From Treponema sp. CETP13 (GTDB lineage Bacteria; Spirochaetota; Spirochaetia; Treponematales; Treponemataceae), in assembly GCA_001885315.1 (NCBI GenBank), contig MLPZ01000002.1, forward strand, positions 75,365 through 139,364: a stretch of 64,000 nucleotides of DNA, read 5' to 3'. Both the position numbers and the translations under genes were made by a program. Shown here in pieces: positions 54,985-64,000 of this stretch. The number at the start of each line of letters is the position of its first letter. The stretch's first letter is position 1. The notes beneath the pieces were generated by a model that was not told the DNA's origin, did no database searches, and worked only from the letters and a program-made list of their open reading frames with translations.

Positions 54985-55012
54985 GAGATTATCAAAGCGA
55001 TAATCTCCTTTT
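54985..55012. terminator. Hairpin terminator immediately 3' of tRNA-Cys (bidirectional; flanked by an A-run and a T-run)
   Basis: gagattatc-aaagc-gataatctc. A second hairpin, ggttatcttgca/tgcaagataacc at 54899-54922, gives a T8 run on the minus strand. Confidence 0.6.
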
Positions 55013-55013
55013 G

Positions 55014-55085
55014 AGGTGCCAAGCGGATTCGAACCGCTGCATAACGGTTTTGCAGACCGCTTCCTTACCACTTGGATATGGCACC
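55014..55085 (-). tRNA. tRNA-Cys (anticodon GCA)
   Basis: Acceptor GGTGCCA, anticodon stem GCGGT/ACCGT, loop CTGCAAA, T-arm GCGGTTCGAATCCGC, U73 discriminator. Confidence 0.85.
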
Positions 55086-55162
55086 AAAGTGATTATTATA
55101 TTATCAAAATAAGGGATTCTTGTCTAGCCTTCTACATGTAATATTGTTATAATATTAGTACT

Positions 55163-56101
55163 ATGGAAAATGATTTTTATGATTTTATAATAATTGGCGC
55201 AGGAGTGGCTGGATTGACGGCTGCACAGTATGCATCTCGTGCTAATTTATCTGCTTTAGTTATTGATCCCATTTCTCAGGGTGGTCAGGTAGAGCAAATA
55301 ATAGAACTCGAGAATTACCCAGGAATATATCCTGCAATAAGTGGTTTTGACTTTATAAAAGCAATGACTGAACAGACTTTAAGTTTTGGTGCAAAAATCA
55401 TAAAAGATTCTGTAATAAGCATTGATAAGCCAAATGATAAATATTTAGTTAAAACAAAAGAAAAAGAATTTGAAAGCCATACTTTGCTCATTGCAACAGG
55501 AGCCTTTAGACGTCAGCTTAATGTTCCTGGTGAAAACGAGTTTGTAGGACATGGGGTATCATACTGTGCAACGTGTGATGGACCCTTTTTTAAAAACCGT
55601 AGAATTGCTGTTATTGGGGGAGGAGATGCTGCCTGTGATGAAGCAACGTATCTTGCTACGTTATCAGATAAAGTAACTCTTATTCATCGAAAAGGACAGT
55701 TACGGGCACAGAAAGGTATTGCGGAACGAGTTTTAAGAAATCCTAACATAACGGTAATGTTTAATTCAATTGTAAAAGAGATAAAAGGGGATACAGTAGT
55801 TAAATCTTTATTGCTTGAAAACTCAAAGACACATGAAGAATCAAATTTTGAAACAGATGGTGTGTTTGTCTTTATTGGTATGATTCCACGAAGTGAATTG
55901 GTAGAAAACCTTCCAAAAGATGAAGCTGGATATATTATAACAAATGAAAAGATGGAAACAAAATTTCCTGGAATGTACGTTGCTGGTGATATTAGATCCA
56001 AATCTTTTAGACAAATTGTAACAGCATGTGCAGATGGTGCAATTGCTGCTAATTCAGCGCGTTCTTATATATCTGAGCTAAATGAAGAGGTTTACAAATA
56101 G
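55163..56101 (+). CDS. trxB: Thioredoxin-disulfide reductase
   Basis: FAD motif IIIGAGVAGLTAA, redox-active CATCDG, NADPH motif VIGGGDAA. Confidence 0.9.
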   Translation: MENDFYDFIIIGAGVAGLTAAQYASRANLSALVIDPISQGGQVEQIIELENYPGIYPAISGFDFIKAMTEQTLSFGAKIIKDSVISIDKPNDKYLVKTKEKEFESHTLLIATGAFRRQLNVPGENEFVGHGVSYCATCDGPFFKNRRIAVIGGGDAACDEATYLATLSDKVTLIHRKGQLRAQKGIAERVLRNPNITVMFNSIVKEIKGDTVVKSLLLENSKTHEESNFETDGVFVFIGMIPRSELVENLPKDEAGYIITNEKMETKFPGMYVAGDIRSKSFRQIVTACADGAIAANSARSYISELNEEVYK

Positions 56102-56103
56102 AG

Positions 56104-57855
56104 TTGAATTTTAAAACATCCTTTTGGTTTCTTACGTTCTTAATTAGTTTTTCAACATATATTTTCCCACTAACCGAAATAAAACAAAATACTTCTTTAA
56201 TAGAAGAAACGAACAATTTTGTTGATTTTTGGTCTGATATTCCTGATGAACAGTTGGCTCAAACTATTGTAGATAAAATGACTGATGAAGAATTGTTTTC
56301 ACAGATTCTTATGTTTGGCTGGGCAGGGAAAGAACCTGGTGATTTGTTAACGTCGTGGGTCGAAGAGCGTGAAATAGGGAGTGTAAAAGTATATGGGTGG
56401 GATACAATTGATGTAAAAAATGTTGCAAGTGCTGTTAGTTTTTTACAAAAAAAAGCACATGCTAATCGATTTAAAATTCCTCTGTTTGTGGCGACTGATC
56501 AAGAAGGTGGTATTATCCGCCATGTAAAAGGAACTACAAGTTTTACTCCTGGAAATTTAGCTATTGGGGCTTCTGCATACCCGTATGATGCGTATTGGTC
56601 TGGATTTTATATAAATGAAGAGTTAGCTGCTCTAGGAATCAATATGAATTTTGCTCCTTCGGTAGATTTATATACAAATAACGATTCAACGGTAATTACA
56701 ACTCGCTCTTATGGTTGGAATCCTCAATATGCAGGAGAATTAGGAGCCGCTTGGTCAAAAGGTTGTATGGATGCAGGCGTTATTCCCACTGCAAAACATT
56801 TCCCAGGTCATGGAGATACAGCACTTGATTCTCATGGTAAATTACCAGAAATAAATATAGACATGGAAACGCTTGAGAATAGAGAGCTTGTGCCATTTAA
56901 ATATCTTATAAAAGCTGGGATTCCAGCCATTATGTCTGGTCATTTAGGATTTCCACAATTGGTGCCAGATGGCTGTCCCGCTTCTCTTTCTAAATTAATG
57001 CTTACAGATTTATTACGAGAGGAATTAGGTTATAAAGGGTTAATCATTACCGATGACATAATGATGAACGGAGCAACTCTTTATGCTGGAGCCTTATCGA
57101 CAGCTGTTCAATTGGCTATAGAGGCAGGAAATGATATAGTTATATCATCGACGACTCCAAGTCTTAATGAAGCCTTGTGGACTAAAAATATTGCAGAAAT
57201 GAAAACGAACGAAGCATTCAAGCAACAAGTAAAATCTTCTGCAAAGCGTGTTTTGTTAGCAAAATTAGATTATTTTAAGGGCGATAATCCTGTTGCTCTC
57301 TATCCTACAATAGATGATCTTGATAAAAAAATACCTGCTCCAGGCTCAAAAGAGTTTTTTACTGCTCAGGCTTGCAGATCTATTACGATTTATAAAGATA
57401 GATTTAAAGTGTATTCGTCAGAATCCGCTAAGAATGATTCGATTCTTCTCGTTTCGCAGTTTCAAGAATTTTTTGATGAAGGTCATAAAAGATATTCAAA
57501 TACCGATTATATGTTTTTCCCTTATCATATGGGAAAAAATGAAATTATGAAAACTGGTGATAGCCTAGCCGAAAAGATTAAAGATTATGAGACCATAATA
57601 ATTTGTGTTGCAAATGAAGAATCTGCTAGTGTTGCAGATTATCTTAAAAACTCTGGGAAAAGAGTTATTATTGTTTCTGTAAATGCTCCGACACTTGTTT
57701 TTGATAAAACGTGGGCTGATACAGTTCTAATTTCTTATATGTATTCAAATTATTCGTTTGCTGCGGCGTTTGCTGCACTAGTAGGAGATTATAAACCTCA
57801 AGGCTATTTACAAATGAAAGATACTGATTCAACAGAAAAATCTGTGTCGTATTAA
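56104..57855 (+). CDS. Glycoside hydrolase family 3 protein (beta-N-acetylhexosaminidase/NagZ-like), secreted
   Basis: Signal-like N-terminus. GH3 motifs ..ATDQEGG.., ..KHFPGHGDT..DSH.. and ..IITDD... TTG start. Confidence 0.8.
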   Translation: MNFKTSFWFLTFLISFSTYIFPLTEIKQNTSLIEETNNFVDFWSDIPDEQLAQTIVDKMTDEELFSQILMFGWAGKEPGDLLTSWVEEREIGSVKVYGWDTIDVKNVASAVSFLQKKAHANRFKIPLFVATDQEGGIIRHVKGTTSFTPGNLAIGASAYPYDAYWSGFYINEELAALGINMNFAPSVDLYTNNDSTVITTRSYGWNPQYAGELGAAWSKGCMDAGVIPTAKHFPGHGDTALDSHGKLPEINIDMETLENRELVPFKYLIKAGIPAIMSGHLGFPQLVPDGCPASLSKLMLTDLLREELGYKGLIITDDIMMNGATLYAGALSTAVQLAIEAGNDIVISSTTPSLNEALWTKNIAEMKTNEAFKQQVKSSAKRVLLAKLDYFKGDNPVALYPTIDDLDKKIPAPGSKEFFTAQACRSITIYKDRFKVYSSESAKNDSILLVSQFQEFFDEGHKRYSNTDYMFFPYHMGKNEIMKTGDSLAEKIKDYETIIICVANEESASVADYLKNSGKRVIIVSVNAPTLVFDKTWADTVLISYMYSNYSFAAAFAALVGDYKPQGYLQMKDTDSTEKSVSY

Positions 57856-57874
57856 TTAGTAGAGTAGTATTAGT

Positions 57875-58816
57875 ATGAATTATGTTTGTCTTAGACCAAA
57901 ATTTATAAATCGTGCTGTTGAATTTATAAAAAAAAATGAGCATTTGTGTACAGGTCTTTCAGAATGTCTTCGGTGGTATAAAAAAAAATCTGAGATTTCT
58001 CTTACTGTTGAACAAAATAGTGCATCATTGCAATCTGAATATTTTTTTTTACTTTACAATAATAATGCTATTGTTGGTCTTGTTTGTTTGATGACAAACG
58101 GTAGAATTTTACATCATTTTGAATTTTCAGAAACAGCTAAAAAGGAAGATGCAGTAGCGTGTACGACACAGCTTTTACAAGAATTTTACGGAGAAAAGTC
58201 TACATATTCTTTATTTTGTATTGCGGGGCTTGCAAGTAACACAGCTTTTCTCACAAATTGTGTTTTAAAGGCTAAAATTGCAAAGATTCGCCAAGAAGAA
58301 AACTATAATCTTATGATTTATAAGCCAACTTATTCTGAGTGTAAAAAATTTGCACAAATTCCAACCGGAGTCATTTTACATAAATGTAGTATTGCCGATT
58401 TGTATATTTTATCTGATTTGCAAAAGTTATATTACTTAGAAGAAGTGGTACCTGTTGGGATTTCTTTTAATGAAATCAATGGTCGAAAACTTTTACGAAG
58501 AGACTTGCAAAGGCAAATTATATTTGCACTGTATGACAAAGAGAAAGCTAAAAAGAACTGTAAATATCCTGTAGCAAAGGCAGAGACGAATGCAATTGGC
58601 TTTAACTGGTGTCAATTAGGTGGAATTTATACAGTAAAAGAGTTTAGAAATCGTGGATGTGCTACATTTCTTTCATTATATATTGCACGAACTGTTTACA
58701 AAAAAGGATATAATACTGTTTTATTTGTAAAAAAAAATAATGTACCAGCTATTCATGCTTACAAAAAAGCTCAATTTGTAAATAATGCAGAATTCCAAAT
58801 AATATATTTTATATAA
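57875..58816 (+). CDS. Hypothetical protein with a GNAT-like C-terminal region
   Basis: ..GGIYTVKEFRNRGCATFLSLYIA.. resembles the acetyl-CoA-binding motif A of GNAT enzymes. Confidence 0.4.
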   Translation: MNYVCLRPKFINRAVEFIKKNEHLCTGLSECLRWYKKKSEISLTVEQNSASLQSEYFFLLYNNNAIVGLVCLMTNGRILHHFEFSETAKKEDAVACTTQLLQEFYGEKSTYSLFCIAGLASNTAFLTNCVLKAKIAKIRQEENYNLMIYKPTYSECKKFAQIPTGVILHKCSIADLYILSDLQKLYYLEEVVPVGISFNEINGRKLLRRDLQRQIIFALYDKEKAKKNCKYPVAKAETNAIGFNWCQLGGIYTVKEFRNRGCATFLSLYIARTVYKKGYNTVLFVKKNNVPAIHAYKKAQFVNNAEFQIIYFI

Positions 58817-58943
58817 AAGATGTATTTTTATGCAAAATATTGCAAATTATTAAATATAATTGCAGTTCCAACTTGACCTGAATTATTCTGCCTGATATTC
58901 TTTACTATCAATATTAGAAATATAAAGTAAGGAGATAAAAAAT

Positions 58944-60425
58944 ATGGATACAGTGTCGATACTTATTGCATTTGGCCTATATTTAGGATTTATGGTATAT
59001 CTTGGATGGCGATATAGTAAAAAAACAACTACTTCGAGTGATTTCTTTTTAGGAGGCCGTCAAGTAGGTCCTTGGATGACTGCTCTTAGTGCGGAAGCCT
59101 CAGATATGTCAGGTTGGTTATTAATGGGACTTCCTGGGGTTGCTTATCTTGGAGGTATGACAGATGCTTTTTGGACTGCAATTGGTTTAATTTTAGGAAC
59201 CTATTTCAATTGGTTATTAGTTGCAAAACGATTAAGAAAATTTTCTATACATTGTAATGATTCAATAACAATTCCTGAATATTTTACAAACAGATTTAAA
59301 GATGAATCTCATATTCTTTCAGCTGTAGCAGTAATTATTATTTTAGTATTTTTTACTGTTTATACAGCTTCTGGATTTGTTGCTGTCGCAAAATTGTTTA
59401 ATTCTGTATTTCATTTACCATATATGATTGCACTTGTTCTTGGGATTGTCGCTATACTTGCATATACCTTATTAGGAGGGTATCTTGCAGTTTGTGCTAC
59501 TGACTTTGTTCAAGGAACTCTTATGTTTTTTGCTCTTGTAATTACAGGAATTGTTATGATTATATCCCTTGGCGGACCAGTACAGGCTATAGAAGCTGTG
59601 AACAAACTAGGGAATGGATATCTCAATCCTTTTGCTTCTGGTAATGGATATGGAGCAAAAGCTATTATTTCTGCTTTGGCATGGGGACTAGGCTATTTTG
59701 GAATGCCACATATTCTTGTGCGTTTTATGGGAATTAGATCTAATCAAGATGTAAAAATTTCTCGTCGAATTGCTATGGTTTGGGTTGTAATTGCTTTTAT
59801 AGCAGCACTTCTTGTTGGTGCTTTTGGTAGAATTTATTTGTTACCAATGATTCTTGAAGGTTCGGCTTCGGAAACAGTTCTTATTCATTCGTTAGTAAAA
59901 ATCTTTCCTGCTTTTATTGCTGGTATTTTCTTGTGCGGAATTATGGCTGCTGCTATGAGTACAGCTGATTCTCAACTCCTTGTTGCTTCTTCTGCTTTTT
60001 CTCGAGATATTTTTAAAGCATTTATTAAAAAAGATGCATCCGAAAAACTTTTATTACTTGTAAGCCGTTTTTGTGTTGCCGGGGTTGCAGTTATAGCATT
60101 CTTTTTTGCACTTGATCCTAATAGTTCTGTTTTTAGTTTAGTAAGTTATGCTTGGGCTGGTTTTGGTGCAACATTTGGACCTATAATACTTCTTTCACTG
60201 TTCTGGAGACGAATAACACGTAATGGAGCTCTTAGTGGTTTGATTGCTGGATTTATTACCGTTGTGGTATGGAAGGTTCTATCTGGTGGAATATTTGATA
60301 TTTATGAAATTTTACCAGGGTTTATTGTTTGTCTAGTCATAACAGTAATAGTAAGTTTACTCGGGAAAAATAAAAATCCTGAAGTAGAGGCTATTTATGA
60401 TGAATTTATCACAATTAAAGATTAG
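58944..60425 (+). CDS. putP: Sodium/proline symporter (SSS family)
   Basis: 493 aa, about 13 TM. ..DFFLGGRQVGPWMTALSAEASDMSGWLLMGLPG.. is the typical PutP N-terminus. Confidence 0.75.
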   Translation: MDTVSILIAFGLYLGFMVYLGWRYSKKTTTSSDFFLGGRQVGPWMTALSAEASDMSGWLLMGLPGVAYLGGMTDAFWTAIGLILGTYFNWLLVAKRLRKFSIHCNDSITIPEYFTNRFKDESHILSAVAVIIILVFFTVYTASGFVAVAKLFNSVFHLPYMIALVLGIVAILAYTLLGGYLAVCATDFVQGTLMFFALVITGIVMIISLGGPVQAIEAVNKLGNGYLNPFASGNGYGAKAIISALAWGLGYFGMPHILVRFMGIRSNQDVKISRRIAMVWVVIAFIAALLVGAFGRIYLLPMILEGSASETVLIHSLVKIFPAFIAGIFLCGIMAAAMSTADSQLLVASSAFSRDIFKAFIKKDASEKLLLLVSRFCVAGVAVIAFFFALDPNSSVFSLVSYAWAGFGATFGPIILLSLFWRRITRNGALSGLIAGFITVVVWKVLSGGIFDIYEILPGFIVCLVITVIVSLLGKNKNPEVEAIYDEFITIKD

Positions 60426-61486
60426 CTTATAATTAAATTTTCTTTAAACTTATCTTGTACGGCATCTAAAGCTTCATAAAGCCAAGGTGCAAAATGGCCG
60501 CATTCTCCATTTTTAATCATTTCTATTGCTTTTTCATGTGAGAATGCGTCTTTGTATACTCTTCTGTGGGTTAGGGCGTCGTAAACGTCTGCTAGAGCAA
60601 CAATATGTGCATGGGTAGGTATCTGATCTGTTTTTAGACCGTCTGGATACCCCTTCCCATCCCATTTTTCGTGATGATAGCGACAAATATCGTAACTGTA
60701 TCTATAAAATGTGTCAGCTGCTATGTTTTTTAATCCTTTTAATCCTTTTAATACTTTGCAACCGTATACTGTATGTTTTTTCATTTTTTCAAATTCATCG
60801 TGCTCAAGACGAGCTGGTTTTAACAAAATACTTTCTGGAATTAATATTTTACCAATATCGTGTAATGAAGAAGCGAGCATAATTTCTTGAATTTGAGTTT
60901 TGTTCCATGAAAAACTAGGAGCTGTTCCATTTAAATATTCAAGAAGAATATGTGTGTAGGTTTTAATATTGTAAATATGTTTACCAGTATCATCGTCTCC
61001 GGCGCGAGTTTCTACCATAGAAGCTATAGTTTCTATAATTATTTCATTTGTTCTATTTATACGTTGCTCTTGGAGGCGGTTTGTTTCGGAAAGAATATAT
61101 TTTTCATTATATAGATTTATAATGTTACGGACTCTGCGTTCTGTAGAGTATTTCTCAATTGGTTTAGAGATAATTTCTGCTACACCCATATCATATGCTT
61201 TATGAATCATTCTGGCGTCATCGCTGTCTCCTGTAATAAAAATAACAGGAATATTTTTTGTTTCACCACTTGTTTTAAGTTGTCGTAAGACTTCTAGTCC
61301 GCTCATTTTTGGCATTATTACATCAAGTAAGATTACTGCAATTTTGTCATGATTTTCCTCGAGTTGTTGTAAAACTTCTTGTCCATTTTTTGCCTGCAAA
61401 ATATTAAAATCAGAAGAGAAAATCTGAGCTAATATTAGACGATCCATCTGTATATCATCAGCTATTAATATAGTATCTCTTCCCAT
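60422..61486 (-). CDS. Response regulator with an HD-GYP (c-di-GMP phosphodiesterase) output domain
   Basis: Receiver domain (..ILIADD.., ..ILLDVIMP..). HD-GYP domain (..SSLHDIGK.., ..HHEKWDGKGYPDGL..). Confidence 0.85.
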   Translation of the reverse strand: MGRDTILIADDIQMDRLILAQIFSSDFNILQAKNGQEVLQQLEENHDKIAVILLDVIMPKMSGLEVLRQLKTSGETKNIPVIFITGDSDDARMIHKAYDMGVAEIISKPIEKYSTERRVRNIINLYNEKYILSETNRLQEQRINRTNEIIIETIASMVETRAGDDDTGKHIYNIKTYTHILLEYLNGTAPSFSWNKTQIQEIMLASSLHDIGKILIPESILLKPARLEHDEFEKMKKHTVYGCKVLKGLKGLKNIAADTFYRYSYDICRYHHEKWDGKGYPDGLKTDQIPTHAHIVALADVYDALTHRRVYKDAFSHEKAIEMIKNGECGHFAPWLYEALDAVQDKFKENLIIS

Positions 61487-61501
61487 TAAGTGACTCCGTT
61501 A

Positions 61502-61861
61502 TTAGAATTTGGCAATATGTTTACACATATCTTCGTACTCTCTTTTTGTTTTTGCATATATTTTTTTCATTTCTTCAAAATTATTTTTTCTGTATGCTAT
61601 ACAAATTTTAGAAAATTTATCATAAAGGGTTAGTATTCCTAAATTTCCTGTTATTCCTTTTAACGTGTGTGCTTTTTCAAAAGCTTTTTGCCATTCTTTG
61701 TGTGTGAAATATTTCTCTAGATCATATATAGAATTGTCTGAGCCAAATTCTTTTATGTATTTTATATACATATCTGTATTATTAAGGAATCTAATTAAGG
61801 AAGTGTCAACATCAATATCTAGTAATTTTAATTCTTGTAAAATTTTTTCATTAGTCATCAC
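61502..61861 (-). CDS. Hpt (histidine phosphotransfer) domain protein
   Basis: 119 aa with ..KAHTLKGITGNLG.. (H-x-x-KG motif). Confidence 0.7.
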   Translation of the reverse strand: MMTNEKILQELKLLDIDVDTSLIRFLNNTDMYIKYIKEFGSDNSIYDLEKYFTHKEWQKAFEKAHTLKGITGNLGILTLYDKFSKICIAYRKNNFEEMKKIYAKTKREYEDMCKHIAKF

Positions 61862-61977
61862 AACTCCCTTTTTTTTAACGTTTTGGTAACTAAAAATAAA
61901 TAAATATATATATATTAATAAAAGTATAACATAAAAGAAAAAAAAAGAAAGTCAAAAGGACTATTTCTTTGCAATAA

Positions 61978-62832
61978 TTAAGAGTTATTTGACATTTTAA
62001 AGGATTTTTCAAAGGCAGCTTGTGCTCCTTTCTGAATTGCTCTTCTCATTCCAAAATCTTCAAGAGCTTCTACAGCAGCAATTGTTGTCCCTCCCGGGGA
62101 ACATACTGCATCTTTAAGTAATCCTGGATGTTTTTCTGTTTTTATAACCATGGCTGCGGAACCTTTTACCGTTTGTGCTGCAAAAGTGTAAGCATTTTTT
62201 CGAGACATACCAAATGCAACAGCTGCATCTGCAAGAGCTTCTATAAAAAGATATACGTAGGCAGGGCCAGAACCACTAATAGCTGTAACAGCATCCATTA
62301 GTTTTTCAGAAACTTGTTCTGTTTTTCCTGCTTTTTCTAAAAGAGCTTTTATATCTGTAACTATTTGGTGTGTTTTATCAGACTCGTTGATTGAAAGAGC
62401 TATCATGCCTTCTCCGATTTGTGCAGGAGTGTTTGGCATTAAGCGTACAAAAGAGGTGTTTGTTTGTAGGTTGTTTTCAGATAGGTATTTTTTTTCTGTA
62501 TCGTGTAGTTGTTTTAAAGTAATACCTGCAGCTATAGAAATAATTACTTCTGGTATTTTGTTTGTCTTTGTTTTGTAAATATCAGATAAAATTTCGCAAA
62601 TATATTGAGGTTTAGATGCTAAAAACAAAAAATCAACATTCTTTGAAAGCAATTCAGTATAATTAGCTACAGGGATAACTCCTATTTCTGTAGCTAATTT
62701 ATCTAATTTATCTATATTATGATCACAAACAAAGATGTTAGAAGGGGAGATAACTTTTGCAACCGCTTTAACAAGTGCTCCGCCCATAACTCCACAACCA
62801 ATAAAAGCCACTTTTTTTTTCTGAATATTCAT
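61978..62832 (-). CDS. proC: Pyrroline-5-carboxylate reductase
   Basis: N-terminal FIGCGVMGGAL. C-terminal ..VCSPGGTTIAAV..LE..G.R.. motif. Confidence 0.85.
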   Translation of the reverse strand: MNIQKKKVAFIGCGVMGGALVKAVAKVISPSNIFVCDHNIDKLDKLATEIGVIPVANYTELLSKNVDFLFLASKPQYICEILSDIYKTKTNKIPEVIISIAAGITLKQLHDTEKKYLSENNLQTNTSFVRLMPNTPAQIGEGMIALSINESDKTHQIVTDIKALLEKAGKTEQVSEKLMDAVTAISGSGPAYVYLFIEALADAAVAFGMSRKNAYTFAAQTVKGSAAMVIKTEKHPGLLKDAVCSPGGTTIAAVEALEDFGMRRAIQKGAQAAFEKSFKMSNNS

Positions 62833-62869
62833 TCGTTATACTCCTAAAAACATTAAATTTATTTTCTAG

Positions 62870-63709
62870 TTATTGAGCTGGTGAAAAGAGAGTCGCTTTT
62901 ATTGTCCCATTAGCAAGATTTTGAAGAAGATTTGGTTTTGCACCGTTAGTAAGAATCATAGATACATCATATTCTAGAACTTTTTCAGCAGCTTCCAGTT
63001 TAGTTGTAATTCCACCCGTACCAAAATTATTAGCTTTTCCTATGGAAATACTTTTTTTAGTTTTTTCTACATCTGTAATATTTTCAATAAGTTTAGCGTC
63101 TTTGTATTCTTTTGGGTTTTTCGAATAAACACCGTCAATATCACTACAGAGTATAAGTAAATCGGCACTCCATAATATAGAAGTTAGTGCACTTAAATTA
63201 TCATTATCTCCGATACTAAACTCATCGCAAGCAACACTGTCATTTTCATTAATAATAGGTATTACTCCCTCGTCAACAAGTGTAAAAAGTGTGTTTCTAA
63301 TGTTTAAGGTTCGGTGTTGATCACCAAAATCGTCTTTTGAAAGTAATAATTGTCCAACATGTAAATTAAATTTTCTAAAGCAACTTCTCCAACAATCCAT
63401 AAGTTCAACTTGCCCGATGGCACAAAGAGCTTGCCTATAATGTAAGTCTTTTTTTCTAGCCCAACGATCAATTGTTGAAATCCCAGCTACTTGGGCTCCT
63501 GAAGAAACTATAACTACTTGTTTTCTATTATCAATAAAAGTGGAACATTGTTTTGCAAAATTTTCCATAAATTCTATGTTTATTGTTCCGTCTTCTTTTG
63601 CAAGTGTGTTTGAGCCAATTTTAATAACTATTTTTCTTGCTTTTGCTATTGTTTCGGAAATTGTCAGCAGATTTTTTTGAGCTTTATCGGAATTATTAAT
63701 TATATTCAA
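62870..63709 (-). CDS. proB: Glutamate 5-kinase
   Basis: ..[10 protein letters not shown].., ..VSSGAQVAG.. and ..DNDNLSA.. motifs. Start assigned to TTG 63709, overlapping the proA stop (tTGA). The ORF-track start at 63871 would overlap proA by about 160 nt. Confidence 0.8.
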   Translation of the reverse strand: MNIINNSDKAQKNLLTISETIAKARKIVIKIGSNTLAKEDGTINIEFMENFAKQCSTFIDNRKQVVIVSSGAQVAGISTIDRWARKKDLHYRQALCAIGQVELMDCWRSCFRKFNLHVGQLLLSKDDFGDQHRTLNIRNTLFTLVDEGVIPIINENDSVACDEFSIGDNDNLSALTSILWSADLLILCSDIDGVYSKNPKEYKDAKLIENITDVEKTKKSISIGKANNFGTGGITTKLEAAEKVLEYDVSMILTNGAKPNLLQNLANGTIKATLFSPAQ

Positions 63710-64000
63710 CGTATTTGACCTTTTCCTCGAATAAAATATTTTGTAGTTGTTAGTGCTTGCAATCCCATTGGACCACGTACATGTAATTTTTGAGTACTTA
63801 TACCTAACTCTGTTCCAAAGCCAAATTCTTCTCCATCTGTAAAACGGGTAGAAGCGTTTACATATACACACGATGCATCAACTTCTTCTTGAAATTTTGT
63901 TGCGTTATTCATGTTTTGGGTTATGATAGATTCTGAATGTTTTGTGTTAAATTTATTTATATGTTCAATAGCTTCATTTACAGAATTGACAGTTTTAATT
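63706..64000 (-). CDS. proA: Gamma-glutamyl phosphate reductase, C-terminal part (5' end lies outside the window)
   Basis: ..[47 protein letters not shown].. is the conserved ProA C-terminus. The frame stays open to the window edge. Confidence 0.85.
   Translation of the reverse strand, partial: IKTVNSVNEAIEHINKFNTKHSESIITQNMNNATKFQEEVDASCVYVNASTRFTDGEEFGFGTELGISTQKLHVRGPMGLQALTTTKYFIRGKGQIR

Noticed and set aside
63710-63871. N-terminal 54-codon extension of proB in the ORF track
   Set aside because: It would overlap the proA coding end by about 160 nt and encodes an unlikely Cys/Trp/Arg-rich leader. TTG at 63709, overlapping the proA stop, gives a normal-length ProB.
1-64000. CRISPR arrays, cas genes, rRNA genes, retron RT
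   Set aside because: I scanned intergenic regions for regularly spaced 25-40-nt direct repeats and found none. The only tandem repeat is the 17-bp 2.5-copy unit at 43218-43260. No Cas-like or RT-like ORFs are present.

Overview
Low-GC bacterial chromosomal window; the taxon cannot be determined without a database search. LEFT ARM (1-17.7 kb) is housekeeping: an EAL-domain gene fragment, an AMP-forming acyl-CoA synthetase, purD, pyrB-pyrI-pyrC, lacZ, tRNA-Ala, a MATE pump, an M29 aminopeptidase, an acyltransferase, hisD and an unusual HisA-HisI-HisE fusion gene. It also carries a minus-strand RNA cluster of SRP (4.5S) RNA, four tRNA-Ser isoacceptors and tRNA-Arg. CENTRE (about 17.7-43.5 kb) is a visibly more A+T-rich composite defence island with no integrase or transposase. 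In order it contains: a GmrSD-like DUF262/DUF1524 enzyme; an uncharacterised AAA15/21-type ATPase plus 170-aa partner; thi4 with a TPP riboswitch; a SMODS nucleotidyltransferase / E2-like / SLATT three-gene cassette; a type I R-M operon (hsdR-hsdS-prrC-like-hsdM) with an embedded PrrC-like anticodon-nuclease candidate; RhuM; a four-gene type I Zorya operon (zorABCD, minus strand); an AbiEi/AbiEii toxin-antitoxin pair; a truncated second copy of the thi4 3' end; and a decayed restriction-enzyme-like remnant. Two repeat families structure the island. A 321-bp direct repeat of the thi4 3' end brackets about 20.9 kb. A roughly 140-nt unclassified G-run-terminated repeat brackets the GmrSD/ATPase/thi4 block. 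RIGHT ARM (43.5-64 kb) is housekeeping: cdd, a GNAT protein, a MATE gene frameshifted in an A8 run, an OmpA-like lipoprotein, a GntR-ABC operon, a TPP-riboswitch-controlled cytX-thiM-thiE-HAD-thiD operon, panE, tRNA-Cys, trxB, a GH3 hexosaminidase, putP, an HD-GYP response regulator plus Hpt protein, and proC-proB-proA. The best candidates for something not yet described are the ATPase + 170-aa pair (20289-21967) and the compact SMODS-E2-SLATT cassette (23287-25350). A Zorya ZorA with a roughly 250-aa N-terminal extension is also notable. All family assignments come from motifs read by eye in the ORF translations; no searches were run.
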